DNA of 64,000 bases. It comes from Alphaproteobacteria bacterium (GTDB lineage: Bacteria > Pseudomonadota > Alphaproteobacteria > JAUHZC01). Below are positions 1 through 10,804 of the stretch, piece after piece. The DNA lies in contig JAUHZC010000002.1 in NCBI GenBank assembly GCA_030425805.1, positions 90,036-154,035 of the forward strand, written 5' to 3'. The notes below the pieces were generated by a model, which was not told the DNA's origin, searched no databases, and saw nothing but the letters and a program-made list of their open reading frames with translations. The first letter of the stretch is position 1. Every line of letters begins with the position of its first letter. Made by a program: the position numbers and the translations under genes.

Positions 1-560
1 TTTTGATCTGCTGGAGCTCTGCGCAACTTTGTCATTTCCCGAGGATCAGGGCCAGGCTGTCCAACCTCTGCTAGGCGTTGCTTTAATTTCACAAGCTCAG
101 GACCTCCTGGACCTCTAGGACCAGGACGGCGAAGACCAGGCCCTGGTCGACGAGGAGGCATAGGATGCGCAGCCGGAGCAGTAGTCGCGACTACTGCTGG
201 TGCTTCTTCGGCCACGGTGGGGGCAGGCTCAGGAGTCATTGTAGGATCGGCAGTAGGTGTACTTTCTTCAGCATGCCTCCCCACTGTTCCAACTGCAGAA
301 GATACGGGCTTGGGCGTCTCTATCTTCTTACGCTTTTTGATAATTTTTTTGATCTTACCCTTTAGGGCTTTATCATTCATAACCGAAACAACTTGCTGCT
401 TTTCTTTTGTTGTCGCAGAAGAATAGCCCAACTTGGCTAGTTCCTGTTCTAAAGTCTGTACTTTAGGGTTTCTATTCAAGACCTCATCCAGGGACCCTCC
501 AAAAGCTTCTGATGCCCCAAACACAGTTCCTGCAAGAATTAAAGGAAGAAAGAATTTCAT
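1..560 (-). CDS. Exported Pro/Ala/Thr-rich hypothetical protein, partial (runs off the window start)
   Basis: Not in the ORF track. ATG at 560 preceded by GAGGG; reads MKFFLPLILAGTVFGASEAFG...STPTADPTMTPEPAPTVAEEAP...HPMPPRRPGPGLRRPGPRGPGGP with no stop to position 1; Sec-like signal peptide. Confidence 0.8.
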   Translation of the reverse strand, partial: MKFFLPLILAGTVFGASEAFGGSLDEVLNRNPKVQTLEQELAKLGYSSATTKEKQQVVSVMNDKALKGKIKKIIKKRKKIETPKPVSSAVGTVGRHAEESTPTADPTMTPEPAPTVAEEAPAVVATTAPAAHPMPPRRPGPGLRRPGPRGPGGPELVKLKQRLAEVGQPGPDPREMTKLRRAPADQ

Positions 561-876
561 AACACCCTCAAAAATATACTTTTAATAATCATTCTAAATA
601 TTCATGATTAAAAAAATATAAATTAATCAGATTATTATTTTTTTGTATCAAGTTAAGGAAAAAGAAAAACCACATATTCAAGCCCCCATGCTATTGTTTT
701 AAGGGGTTCTAAATTTCAGCAAAACGTAAATATCATTTTTTCTAACATCTGAGTGCCCCCATTTGTGGAAAAAACCTCTTCAGATAAAAATCCAAAAACA
801 AGCACCCCTCCAAATTTTATCTTGATTTTCTAAATATTCATACCTATATCCTTGTCATAAATTAAAAGGTTTATTC

Positions 877-1608
877 ATGAAAAAGTTGCTTTACATATTT
901 TTATTATCCAGCATGTGTACAGTAAATGCATTCGCTGCTGTGGCAGCACCACCTGCAGCCGCAACACCTGAAGGAATGGAATATGCAAGGGTAGCCGGGG
1001 AAATGAACGAGGTTTTTGCAAGAAATGAGATGTACAGAGAAGGCTTTGCAGGCCTTTCCCTCGAAGGCCTAGCAAACTTGGCAAGATTAAAGCGCGTCAG
1101 CCTTCTAGCACTTCAAAAGTTCCACGCCACTGTTCGCAGGCAATGTGGATTAGCCCCCATAGATTACACAACAGGTGCAGTAATGCCATTAGCGGCAGAT
1201 TTCGCTGCAGCAGTCCTCTCAGAAATGGCACCAGAAAATTTCGACCCCTTCTTGAGGGCCATTGAAGAATTAAGGGAAAGTGATGTACCTGAAAAAGAAT
1301 TTTTAGGTGCAGAAGGATTTGATCGTTTTGCAAGTGATAGCGGAGTGGATACAGTTATCCTCAGGGAACTTCAAACAGAGATGAGGCTACGCAGAGGTTT
1401 GCCTCCTCTTGGGGCCGCATGGGAAGGCGGTGGAGCTGCTGCACCCATTGGAAATGCAGAAGAAATAGCAGCAGCTGATGCGGCATTGTTACGTAGAATG
1501 GCTGCAGATGAAGGTCTGAACCCACAGCGCCTAGAGGATGACGGCTTTGGTAATTGGGGAGACGGCGGTGGAGGCGGCGGTGGAGGCGGCGGTGGAGCCG
1601 ACGCTTAA
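877..1608 (+). CDS. Exported hypothetical protein with internal repeat and C-terminal poly-Gly
   Basis: Signal peptide MKKLLYIFLLSSMCTVNAFA, AAGG RBS, downstream terminator. Confidence 0.8.
   Translation: MKKLLYIFLLSSMCTVNAFAAVAAPPAAATPEGMEYARVAGEMNEVFARNEMYREGFAGLSLEGLANLARLKRVSLLALQKFHATVRRQCGLAPIDYTTGAVMPLAADFAAAVLSEMAPENFDPFLRAIEELRESDVPEKEFLGAEGFDRFASDSGVDTVILRELQTEMRLRRGLPPLGAAWEGGGAAAPIGNAEEIAAADAALLRRMAADEGLNPQRLEDDGFGNWGDGGGGGGGGGGGADA
1564..1599 (+). repeat. 12-bp tandem repeat (GGCGGTGGAGGC x3) encoding poly-Gly
   Basis: ggcggtggaggc ggcggtggaggc ggcggtggagcc read directly. Confidence 0.9.
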
Positions 1609-1651
1609 AGAAGAACCTGAGAAGGCTCCGATTTAAAATCCCTCAAATAAT

Positions 1652-1678
1652 TCCGGCCTTTATGGCCGGATTTTTTTT
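1652..1678 (+). terminator. Rho-independent terminator
   Basis: tccggcc-tttat-ggccgga followed by T8. Confidence 0.85.
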
Positions 1679-1738
1679 ACATAAGAGCTCCTTCAACCTT
1701 TGGTAAAAGGTTAGCTTATTACTCGATATAGCCAAAAA

Positions 1739-2236
1739 TTAGGCTTTTTTATGGCACTTCTCTTGCCATTTTTTATGGCGGGCCAATTGACGAGCACGCT
1801 TCTCAAAGCTTGAGACCATAACATGCGTCGCCTCGGTAAAGAGTCCCGCCATCAACATATTCAGCATGTTTGATTTAAACCGGAAGCTCACATGGAAATA
1901 GACAGAGGTATGTGCTGGCCCTGATTCCCGAGGCACTGGTGTAAACCGCCATACATTGTTTAAAAACTCAAACGGTCCATCTTCGTAAGTGACCTCAATC
2001 TGATGGGGGCGGTCGAGCGTTACATGAGAGAGGAAGCTCTCCTTATAAATTTGATATCCCATGGACATGGTGGCAAGCATGTGTGTTTCAGATTGCTCAT
2101 GAATCTCTGCCCCTACGCACCAGGGGAGAAACTCCGGATAAGCCTTCACGTCTGCCACCAAATCAAAAAGATATGTCGGGCAGTAAGGAAGTATTTTTTC
2201 TTCTGTAAACGTGTGTTTTCCACCAGAATTTAGCAT
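1739..2236 (-). CDS. ratA: RatA/PasT/Coq10 START-domain protein
   Basis: [18 protein letters not shown] and [12 protein letters not shown] motifs; usual position after lipA in Alphaproteobacteria. Confidence 0.85.
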   Translation of the reverse strand: MLNSGGKHTFTEEKILPYCPTYLFDLVADVKAYPEFLPWCVGAEIHEQSETHMLATMSMGYQIYKESFLSHVTLDRPHQIEVTYEDGPFEFLNNVWRFTPVPRESGPAHTSVYFHVSFRFKSNMLNMLMAGLFTEATHVMVSSFEKRARQLARHKKWQEKCHKKA

Positions 2237-3177
2237 GAGGCCGCGAGACGCTTTTCCTTCAGCTTAGCAAAATCATCTCCTGCATGGTAGGAAGAACGTG
2301 TCAAAGGTGTGCAGGAGGCCATGAGAAACCCTTTCCCATAGGCCATCTTCTCATAGCTTTTGAACTGTTGTGGTGTCACAAAATCAATCACAGGATGATG
2401 TTGCGGAGAGGGCTGGAGGTACTGACCAATCGTTAAGAAGTCCACATCTGCTGCCCGAAGATCATCCATCACCTGGTGAATTTCCGCCCGGTCCTCTCCA
2501 AGGCCCACCATCAACCCAGACTTTGTGAAGAGAGAAGGATCAAGCTCCTTGGCCTGGGCTAAGATCCTGAGAGAATGGAAATATCTTGCCCCAGGCCGCA
2601 CCGTTGGATAGAGCCGTGGAACTGTCTCAAGGTTGTGATTAAACACATCTGGTTTTGCTGCCACAACTACTTCCAAGGCCCCTTCTTTGCGCAAAAAATC
2701 AGGAGTCAAAACTTCAATTGTTGTTTCTGGAGAGGCCTGGCGAATAGCACGAATGGTTTTCGCAAAATGCTCCGCTCCCCCATCAGGCAAGTCATCCCGA
2801 TCCACAGAAGTAATCACAATGTGGGCAAGACCCAGCTGAGACATTGCTTCCGCTACCCGCTCTGGCTCATGAGGATCAAGCTTATCAGGCATTCCCGTTG
2901 CGATATCACAAAAGCGGCAAGCTCGTGTACACACACTCCCTAGAATCATGATGGTTGCATGTTTCTTAGCCCAACACTCTCCGATATTTGGACAAGAAGC
3001 CTCCTCACAAACTGTATTCAGCTTGTATTTCCGCATAAGATCTTTTGTCTCATTGTACCCCTTAGAAACAGGAGCTTTGACCCGAATCCAATCTGGCTTC
3101 TGGGACTTGTGACCTTCTTGCTTAACTTGGTAAGGCTGAGCCTTTCCTTTTTCTCTCGGCGTTGTTAAAGGCTGCAT
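2230..3177 (-). CDS. lipA: Lipoyl synthase
   Basis: [12 protein letters not shown], radical [17 protein letters not shown]. Confidence 0.97.
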   Translation of the reverse strand: MQPLTTPREKGKAQPYQVKQEGHKSQKPDWIRVKAPVSKGYNETKDLMRKYKLNTVCEEASCPNIGECWAKKHATIMILGSVCTRACRFCDIATGMPDKLDPHEPERVAEAMSQLGLAHIVITSVDRDDLPDGGAEHFAKTIRAIRQASPETTIEVLTPDFLRKEGALEVVVAAKPDVFNHNLETVPRLYPTVRPGARYFHSLRILAQAKELDPSLFTKSGLMVGLGEDRAEIHQVMDDLRAADVDFLTIGQYLQPSPQHHPVIDFVTPQQFKSYEKMAYGKGFLMASCTPLTRSSYHAGDDFAKLKEKRLAASC

Positions 3178-3191
3178 AAGAGATACCTCTT

Positions 3192-4592
3192 CTAGATATG
3201 GATGCTCCGCCCCCAGGCACCGAGGACAGCTTCGTGCATCATTTCAGATAGTGTGGGATGAGGAAAAACTGTGTGCATCAAATCAGCTTCTGTGGCTTCC
3301 AAGGTCTTGGCCACAACAAATCCTTGAATCTGTTCAGTCACTTCGGGACCAATCATATGAGCCCCCAAAAGTTCCCCAGTCTTTTCTTCAAAAATGACTT
3401 TGACCATGCCAGATGGATCTCCATAGGCAATCGCCTTTCCATTTCCAACACCTGGGAAACGACCAACTTTAATTTTTAAGCCTTGATCCTTAGCGGCCTG
3501 TTCTGTCAAGCCCACACTGGCAACTTGCGGGTGGGAGTAGGTACACCCGGGAATATTCTCTTTTTTCATCGGGTGCACATCTTTTTGCCCCGCTGCATGC
3601 TCTGCAGCAATCACACCCTCATGGCTGGCCTTATGGGCCAACCAGGGAGCCCCTGCCATATCTCCAATAGCATAGAGGCCTGGGACATTGGTTTGGCAAT
3701 AGCCATCAACAACGACATGCCCTCTGTCTTGTTTAACACTCAAAGCCTCGAGGCCCAAATTTTCAGTGTTTGCCTGAATACCTACCGCAACCAAGACTTT
3801 GTCAAAAGTCTCATCCTTTGAAGACTTCTTTGCTTGATCTTCCAAGGTAAGGGTAACGCCGGATTTTGTGCTTTTCTTCAGAGCTGCCGTTGTTTTGGTG
3901 AGAATCCGAATCCCCTGCTTCTCAAAGGCCTTTCGGGCAAGGTCTGAAACTTCATGATCTTCCACAGGCAGAATGCGATCCTGAAGCTCCACAATCGTGA
4001 CCTCAGTACCCATTTGGTTATAAAAACTTGCAAATTCTACACCAATAGCCCCACTCCCAATTACCAGAAGCTTCTTGGGACAAGCCTCTGCTACCATGGC
4101 TTTACGGTAGTTCCAGACATTGTCGTCCTTAAAATCATAACCGGGGAGAGCCCTGGCCCGGGCACCTGTTGCCAAAATCACCTTCTTTGCCAGAACTTTT
4201 TCTTTACCTACTGTGACTTCAAAACCACTAGGGGTTCGTTTTGTGAGTTTCCCCTCTCCTGTCAGGACCTGAATTTTATTCTTTTTCATAAGGTGTTGGA
4301 TTCCAGAAGATAGCTGTCCAGATACCCCGCGAGAGCGCTCAATGACTTTATCCCAATGGACCTTCGGACTCATGTTTTCAAATCCAAAGTCCTTCCCATG
4401 GGATATGTTATGATGGACTTCAGCACTCCGCAAAAGAGCCTTGGTCGGGATACATCCCCAGTTCAGACAAATCCCGCCCATCTCAGCTTTTTCAACGATT
4501 GTGACCTTCTGGCCAAGTTGTGCGGCACGAATTGCAGCCACATATCCACCGGGTCCTGCACCAATAACGAGAATATCTGTTTGATTTGCCAT
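3192..4592 (-). CDS. lpdA: Dihydrolipoyl dehydrogenase
   Basis: [26 protein letters not shown]. Confidence 0.97.
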   Translation of the reverse strand: MANQTDILVIGAGPGGYVAAIRAAQLGQKVTIVEKAEMGGICLNWGCIPTKALLRSAEVHHNISHGKDFGFENMSPKVHWDKVIERSRGVSGQLSSGIQHLMKKNKIQVLTGEGKLTKRTPSGFEVTVGKEKVLAKKVILATGARARALPGYDFKDDNVWNYRKAMVAEACPKKLLVIGSGAIGVEFASFYNQMGTEVTIVELQDRILPVEDHEVSDLARKAFEKQGIRILTKTTAALKKSTKSGVTLTLEDQAKKSSKDETFDKVLVAVGIQANTENLGLEALSVKQDRGHVVVDGYCQTNVPGLYAIGDMAGAPWLAHKASHEGVIAAEHAAGQKDVHPMKKENIPGCTYSHPQVASVGLTEQAAKDQGLKIKVGRFPGVGNGKAIAYGDPSGMVKVIFEEKTGELLGAHMIGPEVTEQIQGFVVAKTLEATEADLMHTVFPHPTLSEMMHEAVLGAWGRSIHI

Positions 4593-4646
4593 GTCAGATT
4601 GCCTACACTTTTATAGAGAAATTAACCCCCACTATCGCCCATTTTC

Positions 4647-5339
4647 ATGAATGCTGACAAGCCAAAACTTCTAATTGTTGATGACGACACCAAGCTTCGG
4701 TCCTTGCTTGCAAAGTTTTTGGCCGAAAGTCAGTATGAAACCATTGAGGCTGAGAATGGGGCTAAAGCCCTTTCAAAACTTGAGGAAGAAGAGATTGACC
4801 TCATTATTCTTGATGTGATGATGCCAGAATTGGATGGATATGGCTTTCTTGAAAATCTTCCCAAGGCCCCTCGCCCCCCTATTCTCATGCTGACAGCCCT
4901 TGGAGATATTGAAGAGCGGGTCAAGGGCCTCAGTCATGGAGCAGATGACTATCTGCCGAAACCTTTTGACACACGGGAACTTCTTCTCAGGGTTGAGAAG
5001 CTTTTAGAGCGGAAAAAACCTTCCTCCTCTCAATCAAAAATTTTTCAGTTTGGCCCCTTCAGCTTTACCAGCAAAACTGGAGAGCTCTTTGCTGGGGAAA
5101 AACGTGTTGAACTGACAACAACAGAGGAATCCCTTATCAAAGCACTTACCAAAGCCCAAGGCACCCCCTTAAGCCGAGAAGCGCTATGTGAAAGTGGTGG
5201 GTTTACACTTTCACCACGCACCATTGATGTGCAAATCAATCGCTTACGCAAAAAGCTTTCTCTTTATGCGCCTGATCAAACTTTGATCAAAACCGTGCGT
5301 CACCAAGGTTACGTACTTGTTGGAGTTATTTCATCATGA
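4647..5339 (+). CDS. OmpR-family response regulator
   Basis: Receiver domain (VDDD, LDVMMP, GADDYLPKPF) plus winged helix (RTIDVQINRLRKK). Confidence 0.92.
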   Translation: MNADKPKLLIVDDDTKLRSLLAKFLAESQYETIEAENGAKALSKLEEEEIDLIILDVMMPELDGYGFLENLPKAPRPPILMLTALGDIEERVKGLSHGADDYLPKPFDTRELLLRVEKLLERKKPSSSQSKIFQFGPFSFTSKTGELFAGEKRVELTTTEESLIKALTKAQGTPLSREALCESGGFTLSPRTIDVQINRLRKKLSLYAPDQTLIKTVRHQGYVLVGVISS

Positions 5340-6673
5340 AATACGCAATCCCTAAACTTTTGAAATATCTTCTGCCGCGCCATCTTTTTGGGCGAGCCCT
5401 TCTCATTCTCTGGCTTCCTATGATTGTTGTACAGGCAGTTACAACTTTTGTTTTTCTAGATCGCCACTGGTACACCACAACACGTGAAATGTCCCAAAGC
5501 CTTGTCCGGTCTGTCAAAACCGTTCAGTATTTCACCCAGCAACAAAAATTCATGCCCCAACCTCTACGGGAAGAAGCAGGACATCTCTCTGGCTTGGAAA
5601 TCTCTGTGACAAAGGATTTAAAAGAACTTCCTCCCCCAGACAAATCCTTTCCAGGAATCTCTCTCTTAAAAAGAACTCTCTGGCAAAGCGGTGTAAAACT
5701 TCATTCAGTTTTTGCAAGCGGAGATAAACTCTTCTTTATACTCCCCTGGAAGCGCCAACAATTCCTTGTCCTGACCTGCTCGACAAAACGCCTTCATCTG
5801 CGAACAACGCCCCTCTTCCTAATCTGGATGTTTGCAGCCCCCTTGTGCTTCTTTATTATTGCAGCTTTATTCCTTCGAAATCAGATCCGCCCAATCACCC
5901 GTCTTTCCCAAGCTTTGATGGAGTTTAGTATGGGGAACAAAACGAAGACAGTTAAGCCCCAGGGAGCCTTGGAAATCCGACGCGCTGCTATTTCTTTTAA
6001 TCAAATGCAGCAACGCCTCACCCGGTTTATCACCCAACGAACGCAAATGCTTGCAGGTGTTTCTCATGATCTTAAAACGCCACTCACCCGGATTCGTCTC
6101 TCTATTGCCATGTTAGAAGATAAAGAAGCTGCCCAATCTCTGGAAGAAGACGTCTCTCACATGTCGAGAATCATTGATGACTACCTTGCTTTCTCAAAAG
6201 GAGAGCATGACACAAAACCGAGTGAGGTTTCCCTGCGTGGTTTTATATCTGAAATTATCGCGCCCTATAAAAAACAAGAAAAGGATATTCGTTATCGAGC
6301 GTCGAAGGACACAACCCTCCTCCTACAACATCAAAGCATGAAACGGGCCCTGTCCAATCTCATTGATAACGGCTTAAAGTATGGCAGCAAAGTAGAAATT
6401 TCCACACGAATCTCAGACCAAGTTATCCAGATCTTTGTTGATGATAATGGCCCCGGCATCCCCCCTGAGCATTATCAAGACGTTCTCCAGCCTTTTCAAC
6501 GCCTAGAGAGCTCCCGAAATAGCTCTACCGGGGGCATTGGTCTTGGATTAACGATTGCCAATGATATTGTTCTTGCACATGGAGGAAGCCTGAGCTTTAC
6601 ATCTTCAAAAACCTTGGGGGGACTTCAGGTTTCCCTCACACTCCCAAAAGACTTTTTTCATGGAAAGAGCTAA
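5336..6673 (+). CDS. EnvZ-like sensor histidine kinase
   Basis: Two TM helices, HAMP, AGVSHDLKTPL H-box, DNGPGI and GLGL boxes; ATGA overlap with the regulator. Confidence 0.92.
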   Translation: MKYAIPKLLKYLLPRHLFGRALLILWLPMIVVQAVTTFVFLDRHWYTTTREMSQSLVRSVKTVQYFTQQQKFMPQPLREEAGHLSGLEISVTKDLKELPPPDKSFPGISLLKRTLWQSGVKLHSVFASGDKLFFILPWKRQQFLVLTCSTKRLHLRTTPLFLIWMFAAPLCFFIIAALFLRNQIRPITRLSQALMEFSMGNKTKTVKPQGALEIRRAAISFNQMQQRLTRFITQRTQMLAGVSHDLKTPLTRIRLSIAMLEDKEAAQSLEEDVSHMSRIIDDYLAFSKGEHDTKPSEVSLRGFISEIIAPYKKQEKDIRYRASKDTTLLLQHQSMKRALSNLIDNGLKYGSKVEISTRISDQVIQIFVDDNGPGIPPEHYQDVLQPFQRLESSRNSSTGGIGLGLTIANDIVLAHGGSLSFTSSKTLGGLQVSLTLPKDFFHGKS

Positions 6674-6759
6674 GAATAATTTCTTTCACTAACCCCTCTC
6701 ATTTTGGAGCCTTGAATTTCAAATGTCACAATTTTCCACGCCTCAAGCTGTGCCACCTA

Positions 6760-6945
6760 TTGAAAATTGGCGGTGCAGCGATGGATGGTCCGCGCTACAT
6801 CTGGTGGAATTTTGTTGCCTCTAATTATGATCTCCTCATGGCAAATATCGAGCGATGGCAGAAAAATGAGTTCCCAACTGTCCCTGAAGATGAGGAAGAA
6901 TTCATTCCCCTTCCCGATCGTGCTCTTCCCGCAAAAGAATTTTAA
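6760..6945 (+). pseudogene. C-terminal remnant of a pirin-family gene
   Basis: IGGAAMDGPRYIWWNFVAS...W....FPTVPEDEEEFIPLP matches the pirin C-terminus as I recall it; the N-terminal cupin is absent. Confidence 0.7.
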
Positions 6946-7005
6946 AAAGCTCTTTTTTCTTTCCATAATTCAAAGCACAATGGAATAGGAACAGGGAGAT
7001 AATCT

Positions 7006-7419
7006 ATGAAACTTTTAATTCTAGCACTGGCGCCGCTGTCTCTCTTTGCTGCAAGTGCAAAACAAACGAAAGACGATGATGCGGCTGATAAGCCCCCGAC
7101 TGTTGCCATGGGCAGTCAAGGGTCCGATTATTCTGAGGCTGAAACTGTTGAAGATAGAGACTTTGATGCTCTATTTGCACGGCTAGAGGGGAATGCATCT
7201 GGAGAAGGAAAAAGTTGGAAGCTCATTCTTGATGCAGAGGGAGCTGGAAAACATCTGCTTATACATGTCCGTGAAGATGGGGGAGAGCGCATTATTGGCA
7301 TTATATCAGAAGAGGACAAAGAACGGCTTGACCGATTTAAGGATCGGATGGAAATGCAATCTGAGGGAAAAGATGTCACAGAACCTGAGGAAACAGGGGC
7401 TAGTGGAAAAAGCTCTTAG
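7006..7419 (+). CDS. Small exported acidic hypothetical protein
   Basis: GGAG RBS, signal peptide MKLLILALAPLSLFA. Confidence 0.7.
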   Translation: MKLLILALAPLSLFAASAKQTKDDDAADKPPTVAMGSQGSDYSEAETVEDRDFDALFARLEGNASGEGKSWKLILDAEGAGKHLLIHVREDGGERIIGIISEEDKERLDRFKDRMEMQSEGKDVTEPEETGASGKSS

Positions 7420-7485
7420 TCAAGTAGGCTGCTTGAACAATACAAAGAGACAGAGTAGGATAAAGCAAGAATTATAGAGGTTCTC

Positions 7486-8277
7486 ATGATGCGCATCACG
7501 CTCACATCTGTTTTTTTGATTCTCCCGACTCTTTTGACGGCCAATGAACTTTCTCTAGAAGAACGCGTTGCAAAGCTGGAAGAGGAGGTGCGCCGTCTTG
7601 GAGGAATGATTGCTCAGGAGCAGATGGAAGCCAAACGCTCTCCAGCAAAAGAAGATGTAACTGCAGAATCCACAGTCGAAGAGAAAACAGAAGAATCATC
7701 TACCCCTAAAGAAGCGGCTGAGCCCAAAGGAACGCCTGATGTAGAGGCCGAAGAAGCAGAGTTAGAAGATCCTGTTGCGGCCCTCATTGCCCAGCAAAAA
7801 AAGGACAATCCAAAAAGCACAACTGTTGGAGATACCTTAATCCCCAATGGTGATGACTATACCGCCTACACCAATGCTAGATCTTCCCTCAAGCAAGGAC
7901 AGACCTACAAGGCTATTAATGAGCTGAACAGCTTTTTAGAAGCCTACCCGAACTCCCTTCTCGGCCCGAATGGTGCCTTTTGGTTAGGAGAAGCTTACAA
8001 TCTAGCAGGGGATAAATCTCAAGCAGCAGTAGCCTATGGCAGGGCCTATAGCCTGTCTAAGGCTCTTCTTGAGAAACCTGAGAACAAGCCTCATCAATCC
8101 ACGATCCAGGCCCAAGTTCCTGCAAGTATGGTGAAACTCTCAGAAATCCTCATTGATACGGGAAAGAAAGACCAAGCAAAGGCCACCATGAAGGCGCTGA
8201 AAGCTGAATTTCCCATGATGCCTTACAAGTTGAAGAAACGGCAGGAAGCCTTGCTCCAGCGGGCATCTTCTAGGTAG
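7486..8277 (+). CDS. cpoB: CpoB/YbgF-like Tol-Pal-associated TPR protein
   Basis: Signal peptide, LEERVAKLEEEV coiled coil, FLEAYPNSLLGPNGAFWLGEAY TPR; directly upstream of tilS. Confidence 0.75.
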   Translation: MMRITLTSVFLILPTLLTANELSLEERVAKLEEEVRRLGGMIAQEQMEAKRSPAKEDVTAESTVEEKTEESSTPKEAAEPKGTPDVEAEEAELEDPVAALIAQQKKDNPKSTTVGDTLIPNGDDYTAYTNARSSLKQGQTYKAINELNSFLEAYPNSLLGPNGAFWLGEAYNLAGDKSQAAVAYGRAYSLSKALLEKPENKPHQSTIQAQVPASMVKLSEILIDTGKKDQAKATMKALKAEFPMMPYKLKKRQEALLQRASSR

Positions 8278-9471
8278 ATGTCTCCCGAAACGCTTCTAAA
8301 AAGTTTGCGAAAAGGCCCAGGCACAGGATGGGCCGTAGGTGTTTCCGGTGGCCCTGACAGCCTCGGACTTTTAGCTTGGTTGAAGCCCTACGCGGAAAAA
8401 TTACAAATTCCCCTTTATGCTGTTATTGTCAACCATGGCCTACGCCCTGAAGCAAAAGCTGAAGCGGAGCAAGTTTTGCAATGGGTCACAAGATTTGGGG
8501 TTCTTGGGGAGGTGCGCACGCTCTCACCCAAGCAAGGAGGAGAAAATCTACAAACCTTTGCCCGGGAAGGTCGTTACGAAGCTTTTGACCAGTTCATGCA
8601 AGGTAAAAGGCTAAGCCACCTTTTCCTTGGCCACACCCAGGAAGATCAGGCAGAGACCCTGCTCCATCGCTTTTTGCGGGGGACTGATTATCTTGGGGCT
8701 CAAGGGATGCATCCTCTCTCCTCTCGGATTACAGATACGGGCTATACCTATACTCTGGCTCGGCCATTTTTAGACAATCCAAAGACTGAGCTTCACCAAC
8801 ACTGGAAGACAAAGGTGATCACTGATCCCTCCAATCACAATCCTGACTTCTCCCGGGTACGACATCGACACTTCTTAGAACAAGAAACACCCCATGAGCT
8901 TCTTGTCACAGCCCAAAAGTTTTCAGCACTTGGGAAAGCCCATGAAGAAGCTCTCCAACCTTTTTGGAAAAATTCATATGCTTGTCATGACGGGTGGGGC
9001 TCCCTGAATCGAGAAGCCTTTCGAGCGCTTCCCCCCCTTCACCAAGATATGGTTCTACGGCGTATTCTTCAAACCTATGGGACACGCCCAACACAGGGGT
9101 ATCCTCCACGGACGCGAAGCCTTGAGACTCTCCTTCCAGAACTCCTGGATGGAAAAGGAAAGCTCACAGTCCATGGCACATTAATTGAGATCCAACCTCA
9201 GCTCCTGCGTTTCTCCCGGGAATTCTCTAAGATTTCTGCCAAGGCCCTGCCTCTCTTGCCTCATGGGATGATGTGGGATCATCGCTATAAAATTGCATGG
9301 ACAGACAAAACCGAAGGGCTTGCTGTTCATGCACTGGGGCCTTTATTTTCTCAGCTTCGAGAATATACAGATACTCCCTATGAAATTGGCCAGACCTTCC
9401 CTGGGATTTTCAGAAATAAAGACCTTGTTGCCCATCCATTGGAAGGAGAGTTTATTTCCTTTGAGGTTTAA
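8278..9471 (+). CDS. tilS: tRNA(Ile)-lysidine synthetase
   Basis: SGGPDS PP-loop, NHGLR, GHTQEDQAET, DPSN. Confidence 0.93.
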   Translation: MSPETLLKSLRKGPGTGWAVGVSGGPDSLGLLAWLKPYAEKLQIPLYAVIVNHGLRPEAKAEAEQVLQWVTRFGVLGEVRTLSPKQGGENLQTFAREGRYEAFDQFMQGKRLSHLFLGHTQEDQAETLLHRFLRGTDYLGAQGMHPLSSRITDTGYTYTLARPFLDNPKTELHQHWKTKVITDPSNHNPDFSRVRHRHFLEQETPHELLVTAQKFSALGKAHEEALQPFWKNSYACHDGWGSLNREAFRALPPLHQDMVLRRILQTYGTRPTQGYPPRTRSLETLLPELLDGKGKLTVHGTLIEIQPQLLRFSREFSKISAKALPLLPHGMMWDHRYKIAWTDKTEGLAVHALGPLFSQLREYTDTPYEIGQTFPGIFRNKDLVAHPLEGEFISFEV

Positions 9472-9484
9472 TACTTTGCCTTTA

Positions 9485-10774
9485 TCAAAATCCAAAATCT
9501 TCTTCAAGGCTTGAAAGAACGCTTTCGATTCGATTGACACCCCAATCAATTTCCTCACGGGTAATTGTCAATGGTGGCGCAATGCGAATCACTGTCTCTT
9601 TAGTTTCCTTAGAAAGAATTCCCTTCGTCAGCAAGCGCTCACAAGCAACACGCGCATTGCAATAATCAGGATTCACTTCCATACCAATCCAAAGCCCTCG
9701 GCCCCGAATATTGGAGATAACGGGAGAGCGAATCTCTCGAAGGGCTTTGAGGAGATACTCTCCTAGAGTATGAGAGCGCTCCACAAGGCCTTCTTCTTCC
9801 AATACCTCCAGAGCCTTTAACCCTATTGCACAAGCCATGTGATTTCCCCCAAAAGTAGAGCCATGGCTACCTGGATTAAAAACATTCATGAGCTCTTCTG
9901 TACCAATCATAGCTGAGACTGGATAAATCCCGCCTCCCAAAGCTTTACCGAGCAGAATTGCATCAGGCTTGACCTCTTCATGGTCCATGCCAAACATCTT
10001 TCCTGTCCGGCCTAACCCTGTTTGGATTTCATCTGAAATCAGGAGAACTTTATGCTGACGACAAAGTTCTGAAACGCCTTTCATCCAGCCTTTAGGCGGG
10101 AATTTAATTCCTCCCTCCCCGAGCATAGGCTCTGTGAGAAAAGCACAGGTGTTTGGCGTAATAGCCTGTTCCAAGGCCTCGAGATTCCCAAAGGGAATTT
10201 CCCGGAACCCAGGCGTCAAAGGACCAAACCCCCGACGATACTCATCCTCTGAGGAAAAGCTGATGACCGTTGTTGTGCGGCCATGAAAATTTCCAGCATT
10301 TACAATGATTTCACATTTATCTTTGGGAATACCTTTGACTTCCTCTCCCCAGCGACGAGCACCCTTAATCGCTGTTTCAACAGCCTCAGCTCCCGTGTTC
10401 ATGGGAAGTGCGCGATCAAGGCCTGAAACCTCACAAAGCTTTTTTAAAAATCGTCCAAGGTTGCATGGATAAAAAGCCCGTGAAGTCACGCAAATTTTTG
10501 AAAGCTGATTATGAAGAGCTGTGAGCAACTTTGGATGGCGGTGGCCATGACTCACAGCGGAATAGGCTGACATCATATCTAAATATCGGTTCCCCTCCAC
10601 ATCCCAAATCCAACAGCCTTCTGCAGAGGAAGGTACAACAGGAAGAGGATCGTAGTTCAGAGCCCCGTAGGACTTCTCAAGATCAATGAAATCCTGGGTT
10701 GTTTTCAGAGAGGGGTCCTCTACTTTGCAACACGCTTTCTGGGCTGAGCATAGGGGGTTTTGAGTTTCAGACAT
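9485..10774 (-). CDS. rocD: Ornithine aminotransferase
   Basis: YLDMMSAYSAVSHGH, MNTGAEAVETA, DEIQTGLGRTG, LGKALGGG, HGSTFGGN. Confidence 0.95.
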   Translation of the reverse strand: MSETQNPLCSAQKACCKVEDPSLKTTQDFIDLEKSYGALNYDPLPVVPSSAEGCWIWDVEGNRYLDMMSAYSAVSHGHRHPKLLTALHNQLSKICVTSRAFYPCNLGRFLKKLCEVSGLDRALPMNTGAEAVETAIKGARRWGEEVKGIPKDKCEIIVNAGNFHGRTTTVISFSSEDEYRRGFGPLTPGFREIPFGNLEALEQAITPNTCAFLTEPMLGEGGIKFPPKGWMKGVSELCRQHKVLLISDEIQTGLGRTGKMFGMDHEEVKPDAILLGKALGGGIYPVSAMIGTEELMNVFNPGSHGSTFGGNHMACAIGLKALEVLEEEGLVERSHTLGEYLLKALREIRSPVISNIRGRGLWIGMEVNPDYCNARVACERLLTKGILSKETKETVIRIAPPLTITREEIDWGVNRIESVLSSLEEDFGF

Positions 10775-10804
10775 AGCCTTCTCCTGATCATTTTGACCCC
10801 TATA

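Noticed and set aside
1739-2236. RatA as a toxin-antitoxin toxin
   Set aside because: No partner gene; the family is Coq10-like and routinely follows lipA
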